64,000 bases of DNA, taken from the NCBI GenBank assembly GCA_907165135.1, contig OU015567.1, positions 7,936,001 to 8,000,000 on the forward strand, in the 5' to 3' direction. Below, piece by piece: positions 35,269-47,385 of this stretch (its first letter is position 1; each line of letters opens with the position of its first letter). Below the pieces are notes generated by a model. That model had not been told where the DNA came from. It saw only the letters and a list, made by a program, of their open reading frames with translations, and searched no databases. A program made the translations under genes and the position numbers. This DNA comes from Oikopleura dioica. Its lineage: Eukaryota > Animalia > Chordata.

Positions 35269-38200
35269 GTTAAAATCGCCCTGTAACTATGACAGTATTA
35301 TTTCCATTGCAACCGCATTTTCATGTGCTCATTTTTTTCACTGAAATTTCTTCGATTCATACAATAAATACTCAGAAATAAATGAGCTGCTTTCTTTATT
35401 TTAATAATCCAGCAATAAAATCTTGAGCAGAAGCGAGAGATAATTTGTCAAACTGCAAGGAGTTCAGAGATCCATCTCGAGTTAGTTTTTTCAGGGCAAA
35501 GGCAAGTGAGTTGTCTGAGTCTATTCCCAAGGTCCACAACTAAAGTTCAATGCCAGCAAATAGAATTCGCCAGATTCTTGTTTGTCAGAGTCTGATATCT
35601 ACGGTAACTATTGCTGTCATTGAACTTGACTCGCGTACTTAGGGACTCGCTAATAATAAGGAAATTTATTAAGGAGATTAACTACCTGGTACTGACTGTC
35701 GAATTAATCGTCAATTAAAGTTATTACAAGGTATATGAACAGCTTTACTCCTTCCTTTGAATGAAAGGCTCAGATCCCGAAATCGCATGAAACTTCGATC
35801 AAGTCTGACTTGATCCGTCAGATCTGATCGCGCTCAATAAACTTGCCAATTGAGCCCTTTTTTCATCCTCGATCGGAGACTAGTTGGATTCAACGCCCAC
35901 GAGGAGCGCGGACGATGCATCTACGTCATTTTTCATTCCGCTGTTTCATCGCTGTTTCATCATTTCTTCTTTCAAATTACAAATATTTTTTTTCAATACA
36001 ATCGGTCCTCAAGGCCGCCCTTTGTCTTTTCGTACGTGAATGAGAGAATTTTCAAAAGTCCGAAATGAACAAATATCTGCCTTCAAAAGGTAAAAAGAAA
36101 GAAAAAGTGAGTCTGTTCGCCGGGCAGCAGCAAAGATATTTGAGCCAAGCGCATGTTTTTTTTTCAATTGCGAGGAGAGAAAAAAATAAAAATAATCGAA
36201 AAAACAAGAGAATAAGCAGTAAGGCCCACAAGAATTATCTACTGTCATTTCTAGACTTTAGGAGATTCTTAAGGCTTCGAGAATTCTAGTCCATCATCTT
36301 GGTCGTATGAAAAAATCGTCCATAAAAAAAGAGATTCTTCAGAAGCTTTCAACCCGAAACGAGAAGGTTTGTTGGATATCAGGATATGGTTAATTTCGCG
36401 ATGATCAAAAACTAACGAAAATCGTTGGATAAAACCCCCTCTTTTGAGTTTTTTTACGGCTTAGTCGGAAAATGTCAGCTCGGTTCTCTCTCTCTCTCTT
36501 TCAAGATTTAGTGAAATATCAAGTGACTCCCTTTTCCGACTTCTTTTTAAAAATTGGCAGTTTTATTTTTATCAATGCTCTGTTAAATTATCCGTTTGAT
36601 GGGGGAGAGAATAATGTGTTTATTTAGGGGCTGGATCGAACGTCAGAATTTATGATGCTGTCTGATACTGGGCTGGTAACTCATTTGGAGAGGTGTGTGT
36701 TTAACGATATTGACGGAGACAACAAAAAGCGTGCCCAAGAATAAATTTGTGCCCAAACAAAACTAAGACTCATTTAGAGAACAGGAAATCCAGTTCAGCG
36801 TACCAAATTATGCGAAAAAGTGAACGATGAGGCAATTTCCTGCTCCTCGGTAGGCAAAATCAACACGAAACAGTTTGAATGCTGATATGGGTGCATGCGT
36901 CAAAAACAAACAACTAATGTTCAATTATTTTTTTCCATTTACTCCAGTACTCATTTATTTACTCATCGTTTTTTGGAATGCCGAAAAATCGTTTTAGTGT
37001 GTCACATTTTTCAATAACGATGATCCAAATCGTATCTAACAAGCGATTCTGCACGTGCATGATTCAAGGAACATTGACTAACATTATGGTCCCCTCTCAT
37101 CGGTTCTTTTTTTTATGAAGGTGTTTCTTCGCATAAAAGATTCACGCAAATCCGCATTGCGATATCGACTTTTTGTTGGCAGCCATGAAAAATCAAAATC
37201 GATCATTATCGGAGTCGCATTTGACTCACTGATAATTATAATTACTTATATAGTTTTTGAGGGCTTTTTTTGTGTGGCAAGAGAGCTTGAGGAATTATAA
37301 TAAAACTAAGAGAAAATCGATTGGGATGATCTTCCTTAGAGATATTCTGGCTATTCGGAGGGAGTTTTCCTTGTTCAATTATCTTTGAAACGACTAGTTT
37401 TCTTTAACAATTTAGGGACTTTTAGTGGGCTATTCAAATAGTCAGATTATTCGCTTAGGGGATGTTCAATTAAACTCGAAATGATCGAAGGCCATTAACG
37501 AGAAGAAGAAGGTTCAGAACTCTTCTGACATCGTGAGAGATAAGGACTCCCAGGGGACTGTTGATGCCCTTTTCGTTCGTTTGATTTATCCTGCCAATCT
37601 TTCAGTTTGAATGAGAATGGAATGCCTGGACTAGTGCCACAGGGCGTACTCCCAAGATTAAAAGTAATCTAATGTAGATGCCTGATGTCTTATTTATAAG
37701 ACAAACGAAAACGACTCTCACGCTGTAAATGTGTCCATTTATAATTCATGTTCATATCGGAGCGTATGCATCTTTATTAGGCGGATCACTAGAGCAAGAA
37801 CGAGAACGGTCCTTCAATTCGATTATGCTCACGATGATTTTTGGAGTTTTCCTCCCCCGGGTAACCGAAAAAATGTTCAATAGAGAATTTTTACTTTTTT
37901 TGTGAAAAGAAAGTGGACAATAAGAATTAATTTTTTCCACAGAACTGCTCTTTTTTTGTCTTTCATCTGACAGTTGTGTTTCGTATTTTCAAAAGATTGG
38001 GAAAACAACGAGCGCTGTGGATTTGGAGCTAGATTTGGAAAATGAAAGAAAGTTAGAGCGTCAAACAAACAAGCGTAGGAATCCATCTTTTTGAGGGCAC
38101 ATTTGGCGCGCCCTGGGGTACTGTGCCTCGTCTCGAAAGTGAAAATAAGAGATAATGCGACAGATAGAGAGACCTGTGGCGATCCTAATCCCGGGGCGCT

Positions 38201-39828
38201 TTTCAGCTTGTAACTTCTGCCTTACTGATGCAGATTTCTAGAGATATGGGGGCCATTTCTAGCCCGACACCAAAAGGGGTTACAAAAGGTCAGTTCGGCC
38301 TTTCAGATCGAGACATACAGTTTTATCAGCACGATGCAGAATTCCTTGTTTGAGCTACTTCTTTAAGCCTGAGCTATTCTCCTTCCTTCAAAATTTTTCG
38401 TATTCGTCCTCGTTGAAATCAAGGAGGAAAAAGAAGTTTTCAAAGAATATTTGAACAGGAGCTTGGTGATCTTGATTCAATTATTCTTGAAATGCTCAAG
38501 TGTTGACTTTCACTTCCAGTTTTTTCGATAAATCCATGGCAATTTTCGCGAATGAATTCGTCATCAATAGTTCGATATTTGATGAAATCATTTATTTTTG
38601 ATAACGGTTATTACGATTTTCTGATATTTTATGCTTCGGTTTGAAGAAACAGAGTGATAAGTAAAAGGCAATCAATCAATGAGCTGATAATAGTTTTAAA
38701 ATTGATCAATTATTTTCTTCCCAAATGAACTCGTTTCGACCACTTGGTCCAATTTCAGTTCGTCGATAAAATAAAAGTGAAGGAGAACAGCTTTTTCTTG
38801 AAGAAAAATCAAGCTAGATACTTTTGGATTGCAAAAATGTGCATGAATGTCTGAGAAAAAACAGAGAAAGAGATCGCCGGAATGCCCGAAAGTTAACTAA
38901 CACGTGCTCTTTTCGCCCGATACGATTTTTATCATTTTATACATTTACGCTTTGTTCACCGCCGAATCTAATTTTTAAACGTTTACATATTCGAGATAAT
39001 GTTTGTGAATGATTTTATTTCTGTATGCCTGTTCTATCATAATCGCTCATTATTTTACGATGCAGGAACATTGAGAATGGGGGTTGAAAACAAGGATGAC
39101 TGAAAAAGTCGATTTTCACGCTTGCGGAGGATCATGGAAAAAATCATTGCGCCAAAATCGATAGAAAATACGTCTCGTGGAAGCTGTTAAAATTCTTTTC
39201 GTCCAAGAAAGCTATATCATGAATCGGGGAACATTTGAGATAGCTGTTGCTTACGAAAGTGCTGTAAATTATTTCGGATATGGCTCGTTTCAAGTTGAGC
39301 GGCTACAATTATCTGAAATTGAGCACCGAAGTAGAACGAAACGGAGTTAGATATGGATGATCTTTACTTTTTTATGTCACAAAGAGAATACTTAGTTGAG
39401 TCTTGATCAGCAAGGAATGCTTTTAATTGATTTTAACTTCATTTCCACCAACCCGAGCATGCGCCAAATGAATCCGTGTCACAAGAACAATATTGTTTTT
39501 GAACATTCATTTAAATTTAGAGAGAACGAAAAAAATTTCATCCTCGCCTTTTGAAATCTCCTTTGTTTCATTCCCTCACTCTCAGTATTGTTTGCATCTT
39601 TATGTAAAATGATTCTAAACCCTTTTCTACATGATTTTATCATCAGAATAATTGATCTCGTATTTCCTTAAATGCAGATAGAACGTTTCGTACTTTACTA
39701 ATCACTTGCTGCCTGCATGGAGCGACGTGTTTTCCGCTCGTTTATTCACAGTTCGGGAAATCGTGAAAATGCTCAGCTCATTGAATATTTATGCGAGTGT
39801 TATTAACATCGATCGGATTTAGAGAAAC

Positions 39829-41906
39829 ATGGCAGACTTGCCTAAGAGCGCTTCTGAGTGCCCAAGAACTACTCCAACCACCGTTATTACGGAGAACACA
39901 AGCCAGAATAATCCCAAGTGGGCACTGGCTGCCAACGCTTGGAAGCAAGCGCAATCAGCGACGATAACTTCTGCCCCAGTGCTTCAAGATCCGCGAAAAC
40001 TCAAACGAAAATCTGTAATCACTGAAGACGATTCGGAGATCTCACAGGCGAAGAAGGCTAAATCGGAAAGTCCAAGACCCGCTAAAGCCCCAGAAGATGT
40101 GACTATCAACAACAATACAGAAGAAAACACGCATATAAAGACTCACACTCCTGATGCTGTCCATGATCCATCGACATCGATCAAATCAGGTAAATCAACC
40201 ATCGAAAACAACAAAGACCAAAAATTTAAGATCCCCTCGAAGAGTCGAGAAAACTGCCCATTGCGACGGAGTCGAAGCGTCTCCATGTCTCGAATATCCC
40301 CTTCCGCTTTCGCGAACCCGACCTACGTGAGATGTTTGAAAAATTCGGCAAGGTGACCGAAGTGGAAATTATCTTCAACGATAGAGGATCAAAGGTAATT
40401 GTCGATTTATATCCACTCCTTTCGTGCTTGACCATTGATCAACAAACAACTTAACCTTGTCAAGATAATCACTTTATACTGTAATTAAGGGGTTCGGCTT
40501 TGTTTCCTACGCGGATAAAGACGATGCGGACCGCGCGAAGCGAGAGATCAATCACACCAAGATCGACGGCAGGATGATCGAGGTGAACGACGCGACCGCT
40601 CGGAACAAATCAAAACGCGGCCCAGCCGGTAAGTCCGCCAACTCGAGCATCTCAAACCGCTAGAAATCATTAAACAAAACCTTTCACACTCATTCGCACG
40701 TGTTATTAAGAGATCCGTAGAAACACTCTTTAGTAGTGCAAAAACTTGATTTTGCGCATGGTTTTCTTGTGAGCTCTGTTCTAATGAATGTTATGCATAG
40801 TTACGCAACAAGTAATGATGGGACTACCTGGCGCTGTTCCCGGTGTCTTCATGAACCCCATGATTCGCCCCCAAAGCTTGATTCGACCGGGCCTGGTCGT
40901 CCCGCACGAAGGACATCCGTTCATGCGCCACATAATTACGGGTCTAGACTCTACTGTGAATGTTTCCGAAACGAAAAGAGTGACATCCTCTTAGACTTTG
41001 ATTACGTAGTCGTCGTCGAAACACCGGTTGTTTAACAACCAGACAATAACCGGTTTTGATATTTAACGACTTCATCGCATGTATTTTGGTTTCAGAAAAA
41101 TACGAATTGAAAGCTTCGATGATTCATTAACTGAAACTTTAGATAGCAACTGTACTCTGGAGTATTACAGCGTTACAGTCTGTTTTAAGTTTCAGTTAAT
41201 GGATAAATTACAGAAAATACGCCTAGTCTGGGACAGTCTTAATCAGCCAAAGCGTCCCAAACCAGGATTATTTTCGCTCTCGCCTCTGGCGCCACTTTCA
41301 TATTAAAAAGCACCCCCCAGGCGTGCGCCTTTGATCTTTAAATGGCCCGACCGTCCCAAACCAGGCGTATTTTTGACCGTCCCAGACCAGGAATATTTTC
41401 TGTATAAAACTTCCGTAATCACGATTATGTTTGACTTTTCGCGAGCCGCACCGCACATTTTCTTACATCGAAAATCTCCGAGTCTCGACCTAAAAATAGT
41501 ACAGAATAATCCAATGTTCGCTGCCAATCCTGCGGCCGCCGGAATGAGTCCGATGATGCTCATCGACCAGAACCGTATCTTGGCCCAACAGCAGCTTCAG
41601 CAACAATTGCAGCAGCAGCAGCTTGTCCAGCAGCAACAGTTGCAACTGGCTGCGCTTGGAAATCACGTCATCATGGGCAGCCCGATTATGGTGAGATTTC
41701 GGAGGTAGAATTTCTCGTAGTATATTTGTTTGCTCAGGCTCAACAAGGACTCGGCACTTCTCTCCCACCAGCTGGCTACCCCGCGCAGATGTTTCAAGGA
41801 CACAAGCTTCCAGTCATACCGGTAAGAATCCATCCCAATCGAGAGTAACCAAAAGCATTCGTAGAATATTCCAACTATGACTCCGCCGGCGCAGTACAAG
41901 AAATAA
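39829..41906 (+). CDS. RBFOX: RNA-binding Fox-1 homologue, multi-exon
   Basis: [40 protein letters not shown]|GFGFVSY...[14 protein letters not shown] is the Fox RRM. Poly-Q C-terminal region. 3' end approximate. Confidence 0.92.
41125..41201. ncRNA. Candidate intronic pre-miRNA-like hairpin (or tiny fold-back element)
   Basis: 77-nt fold-back with about 28 paired positions (first 15 bp perfect), one mismatch, one 2-nt bulge and a 19-nt loop. Confidence 0.35.
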
Positions 41907-42396
41907 AAGAAGACAGTTGCGATGAGAAGATTTCATTATTTTATCTGAGATCAGGGAAATAACCTGCCGAGGTCCTCCTGCCACCCTATGCTCAGACAAG
42001 TTCTCGTTCTTTCAGTTAACCTCTCTCTCAAGTTCAACATAAAATGTTCATTGCTAAATATTCTAATATTTGAAGCACTTATTAATTAACTGACAATCTC
42101 ATTTACAAACATTGCACTTTTCTTCCCTGAATTGAGCTGCTTAGATCGAGAGATTCGATTTTCCTGCTCTTGTTCTTCAGAAAAAATAGTTGCTGTACAA
42201 AAATCACGTTCCTCCATTTTCAATTACTGTCTTACTCTTTTTCTTTCACTTTTATTAAAATACAAGTGCGAAACTCATTTTGATTCATAATTTATGAACG
42301 AAGAAAACAGTTCATAATTCATGAATATTGTAAAGTATTGCAGGAGTAGTCCTTTTATTGGAACCCAGTTTATATTTTGAAATTTGGCAGTGCTCA

Positions 42397-44845
42397 TCAA
42401 TCGTAATTCCGATATTCGGGCTTCAACTCCCACATGTTTCTTTGCGTCGCCTAGAAGATGTCGATAAGAGAGGAGGATTGAAAATTGGACATTACCCTTG
42501 AATTGTAAACAGCGATTTCTTTTAACTTTTCCTTCAAAAAGGCAGTGGGCTGCTTTGTAATATCGCACAAATCTTTGAGCGTGTAGTACTGAAAATAGGG
42601 TAAGAAACCGATTTGCAAGAAATGAAAACCTGGTGTTTCTCGAAAAGCTCCAAGAGTCTGCTGGTAAGCTGATTATCATCCATTCTGGTTCGCTTTTCGC
42701 TGCCCTTAGCTTCTTGAATTTCCTTTCTGGTGATTCCATTGACCGGTTTGATATGCTGTGGTACTTCTGTTAGTTGTACCGCGCGTTTACGCTTCATCTC
42801 GGGGCCTTGGAAGTTCAGCCGTTTTTGCTTCATGTACAGATCGCAAGACATACTGGCCGGACTGCAAACTGCGTTCTACCAATTTTGTTTAATTCACTTC
42901 GTAAAATAACTTTACTCAAGAAACAATAAGTAAAAAGATCATTTTATTGATTATAAAGTACAGAGAAAAACAGAAAAGGGACTTCTTATTTGATCCACTC
43001 TAGATCGGCTCCCGCTCTTGACACCGTTTTGAGTAATCGACCAAGCTCTGCTGTTTGTTTCAAAGCTTTCTTCTTAAATTCTTCGGCGCCATCATCAGTA
43101 AGCAAAGCCTCCAGCTCATCGAATCGTTCTTTCAAAAACTTATCACAATCAAGCATGACTTCATAAGCGATATTAACAGCTTGGTACCGGTTTCCTTCTA
43201 ACCCTCGCTCATAACGCTCAAGATGTGATTTCAAAATCAAAAGCCGGAAGCTCATTCCTTCACTGTTCTGCATTTCATCGATGACAAGCTTGCTTCCGGG
43301 CTTAATAACCTTCTGGAGCGCGTCGAATTCTTCTTTCAGCCAGACATGGTTAAACTTTTCGAGCTCTTCTGCTTCGGCCATCAGCTCATTTCCAGACTTG
43401 TGCAGTCGGTTGAAAATTTCAACGATGGGCTGATGTGTTTTCTCAGTGATTTCGTTATTTGTAGAGATGATCATGTTCTTCAGTCGCTCTACTTTTTTCA
43501 GCCCTTCTGAGTATTCCATTGCTTGAGTAACTGTCGCTTCTTGCGCTTTTGAGATATTTTTTGAGATCTTCGTGAGTCGACCAAAACTGATTTGCATTGC
43601 CGTGACTTCTGCATCAAAACGCTTTAGGAAGTCAGCGAACAGTTCTGGCTCCTCTTTAACTTTCTCGAGTTGATCTGCAAGTTTCGTGAGTTCGCCGAAT
43701 GAGCCATGTTTTAAGGATAGCTCGCCTACGTCATTTCCGAATCCCTTGTGCAGATCCTTGATTTTTTTAGTTATCGCTTTAAACAATAACGTTCTCTCCT
43801 CCATGTTATCACTAATGGACTTCATATTGATTTCATTTCTAGCGGCGCTTGTCCAAAAAGAATTAAGATCGGTCTCCTTGACTTGCTCGACTTCATTTTC
43901 TTTCAGGTAATTCTGATGCTGCTTCTTCTTTATATACTCTAGTAAATTGTCGAATTGATCTCTTGGTCCGCCAGTTTTAAATGCTTCCTTTAATTCGCCA
44001 AGCCACTCTTTGGATTTCTTGTTAGCCGCACCGATTCGACTGTTTTCAACCGTAAGCACTTGTCTTCCCCATTCAGGATATTCTTTGAAAATGTACGTGT
44101 GTTTTGGCCCCATTGGGATCGCATACGCATCCAATTTTTCGCGCAATATTTCATGTTCTCGTTGCAATGCAGTTAATTTCTCGTTATATCCGCTCGATGA
44201 CCAAAAGTATGCGAGAAAAATACTACACAAAAGTACAGAAAAAGACTCAAGATTGAACATTTATATTTTCTCAAAAGGAAAAAATACTTCGGGAAAGGTT
44301 TAAATTGTTATGCCGGATGAAAGATGCGCTGGTAAAAAATAGCGCGCGGCACCAATCGTTGCGCGACAGTCGTTCCTGACGCGAAAAAGGAATCGTTTGG
44401 CCGCTTGGATATTTACCTGGACGATTGTGCCTTCCACGCTGCGTTCCTCTATTTCTTGCCCGTCTTCGAACTTTTTACTTCGACAGAGGATGCCGATCGT
44501 CTCTGATTTTGAAGGGGCGGATAGACGGAGCTTATGATCGATGGGAGTTCTTGTTTCTCCCTGATTTGCGAGATGCTCATTCAACTAAAATGAACATTTG
44601 AAAAAGGAAACGTGTTGCGCTTTTACCTTGAAATTAACCTCTGTGCGTCCCTTGTCCCGGCGAATTTCGATCTTGCCCACTTCCGAACTTGGCGAAGACA
44701 GCCACTTTTCGCCTAAATACTTTGGCACTTTCACTAGCCACCAGTTGAGACCCGAATTCGAAGTGTTCATCTTTAGTTGATTGGGGTCGCGCTCTCGCTT
44801 TCGCTTTTTCTGCGCTGGCTCTTGAGACCCCCCTGCATCGGACAT
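42397..44845 (-). CDS. GTF2F2: General transcription factor IIF subunit 2 (RAP30), multi-exon, with a 1541-nt intron hosting a nested ORF
   Basis: WLVKVPKYL, SVEGTIVQ|NAVC, FEKHQ|YYTLKDLCDITKQP, MWELKPEYRNY. Confidence 0.92.
42986..44260 (-). CDS. Orphan 424-aa helical protein with N-terminal signal/TM segment, intronless, nested in a GTF2F2 intron
   Basis: Uninterrupted ORF lying wholly inside intron 44416-42876. CCAAT-like/GC element upstream and AATAAA downstream, both within the intron. Confidence 0.75.
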   Translation of the reverse strand: MFNLESFSVLLCSIFLAYFWSSSGYNEKLTALQREHEILREKLDAYAIPMGPKHTYIFKEYPEWGRQVLTVENSRIGAANKKSKEWLGELKEAFKTGGPRDQFDNLLEYIKKKQHQNYLKENEVEQVKETDLNSFWTSAARNEINMKSISDNMEERTLLFKAITKKIKDLHKGFGNDVGELSLKHGSFGELTKLADQLEKVKEEPELFADFLKRFDAEVTAMQISFGRLTKISKNISKAQEATVTQAMEYSEGLKKVERLKNMIISTNNEITEKTHQPIVEIFNRLHKSGNELMAEAEELEKFNHVWLKEEFDALQKVIKPGSKLVIDEMQNSEGMSFRLLILKSHLERYERGLEGNRYQAVNIAYEVMLDCDKFLKERFDELEALLTDDGAEEFKKKALKQTAELGRLLKTVSRAGADLEWIK

Positions 44846-45300
44846 TCTATGCGATTGCGAATTTCAACTTTGTTGCTTTATATTTAATCCGGGTTTCATT
44901 TCTTCATTGAACTTCACAGATACAGTTTGCAAAAGCGCAGGTAGCGCCTATCTTATACGGCCTCAAAGATGGATGTTTAGCAGACTTTGTATTTGGTTAG
45001 AGAATCGGTAAAAATTGTGCTAGATGCGTTAATATTACACGCAGGATGATTTACTGATTGGGACATTGAACAAGATTATTATTATTAGCCTAGAGTTTTT
45101 TTTGCCCAAATGGACAGATTCAGAAAGATAATTGATTTGGGTACCACTGAATCGTGGAAAGAGTCAGTGGTACCCAAGATCGAAGAGATACAGTACAAAA
45201 TAGTGTGACAGAACAATAGATTCCCCACTCGATAGCATTCCAGTTCTAAATTATGATAAAAGAGGCTCGACAAATGAGAACTCACGTCCAAATCCCATAA

Positions 45301-47080
45301 TTAATTATCTTCGTCCTTGACACCACCCAGTTCGCTCTTGACACCCTTCTTGATATCGCCCCAACCGATCAATCGCCAGGCTCTGTCGATACGTCTCGAA
45401 ATGGCGATCTTCTCGCCTTCACTCGTGCACACGGGCTGCTGGAGCATCAGTCGAGCGCTTCTTCCTTTCACATTGATGATTCGACCTCCACAACTCAACG
45501 AACCAATGTTCAACATAAGATTTTCATTCTTTTCAAGCGGCTTGATCTTCGATTCCTTTGAAAATAAAGTATTACTAGGATAAAATTGATCCAAAAATAC
45601 CTTCTTCTTGTTTTCATCGGCAGCAACACCAAGGAGACGAGGAAGTAAATGAGTTCGGATCTCAATCTGTCGGAAAACAGGAGGAAGCGTGCCAGGAGTA
45701 CCAAGAATTTGACCGACCATTCGATCCGATCTACACAAGAATGGATCGCACTTCGTTCCAACGGCGATAAGACCTCCAGGAACGGCGTACTAATTGAGGT
45801 GAGTGTTTGTGTTGTAGGAAATGATTTACCTGAAGATCATTTTTGTCTGATTTCAAAGACATAATCTTCGATTTTGTTGGGAACACTTGCGAGTTGTTGG
45901 CATCGTCTCGGACAGTAACTCCAGGTCTGATTTCGATCTCCTGGCCAAGAACAAGGACACCGCGCATGAGCGAGCCTCCACATACACCTCCCTTGAGTTC
46001 GTGCACCTAAAAAGATATTTATTCTCTGTTCTGATCCAAAAAGGATACCTCAGAACCAGGGTTATTGACGTCGAATGATCGGATGACGATCATCTTAGGC
46101 TGTTCAGTGAAGTCTCTGAGAGGAAGGGGGATGTAGTTGCAAATGTAGTCGCAGAGAACGTCGATGTTATACTTCATCTGTGCAGAAATGGGGATAATTG
46201 GTGAGGTATCTAACGGGACGGATAATAAGATGAGGGAAAAGATAAACTTACCGGCTGGTGTGCCCTGGATGAATTTACGAATGTCCATGTAGTTGCTCTT
46301 AGCAGAGTTTTGATGGATCAAGTCGATCTTGTTCTGGAGAACAATGATATGTTTCAGTCCCATCAACTCGATAGCAGCCATGTGCTCTTTCGTTTGAGGC
46401 TAGAACGTTACTCAGTACTTATTTTTATCACGAAATCAGATGATATAATTATATACCTTGTGGTTTGATATAAGATTGATAAGAAATCACCGCGTTATCT
46501 CTAGGTTATACCTGCGGGCAAGGTTCATTACAAGCTACAAGCAAGATAGCAGCGTCCATGACAGCGGTACCGTTCAACATAGTCTGCATAAGAACGTCGT
46601 GACCGGGGCAATCAACAAAGGAGACGTGTCGATGCACCTTGTATGTAACCGCTTTTCCTTCAAACTCCCTCGTGATCTGAAGGTAAACTCGGCATGAAGC
46701 TAAGCTCGAGAAGAGTTTATCGTACCTCGTCTTTGTCTGATGAGCTGCTGGACATGTAAGCTTCGGGCCTTGGAACGTCCGCGCAATGGTAAATTTTAGC
46801 ATTTGAGTAACCAAGTTTGATTGTAATGTTCTTTTCCAATTCCTTCTTGTATCTAATGGTCGACTGGCCGGAGATCGCCTTCACCACGGTCGACTTTCCG
46901 TGGGCTACGTGGCCAATCGTACCGATATTAATTGTGGCCTTTGAAGGATGAAAATAGACGCAACAGTTGTGGTACTACCTGTCTGGAAATAACTTCCGGA
47001 GTATCAGCAGCAAGGCTTGATAAATCTAAGTTATCTTTATCTTGCTTAGCCAAGCCATCAGCAGCAATTTCGATGGTCAT
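45301..47080 (-). CDS. EIF2S3: Translation initiation factor eIF2 gamma, multi-exon
   Basis: [72 protein letters not shown]. Confidence 0.97.
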
Positions 47081-47385
47081 TTTCTTGTAAGATGTAAGAT
47101 GTTTTGCTGGCGCTAAAAACCTCAAGTCTAAATGGGATATTGAAAAAGATCTATGAAAAGAACATGTATGAATTGATATTCGGTAGTTTCTGAAGATTAA
47201 ACAGCAAGAATATGCATTTATATTGTTGAAAGAGGAGCGAAATTAGGTTTGAGAGATGAAGAAAATAGGTAAACATAGATCAGTGGAGACACAATTCGGA
47301 AAGTAACAATAAATCTGTATAAAAAAGTGTATAAACCGAAAATTAAAAGGTAGAAAAGACATTGAAAGAACGTTGAACACAATTA

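Noticed and set aside
35400-35620. Possible terminal exon on the minus strand (...AQDFIAGLLK* then AATAAA)
   Set aside because: Upstream exons and start could not be assembled.
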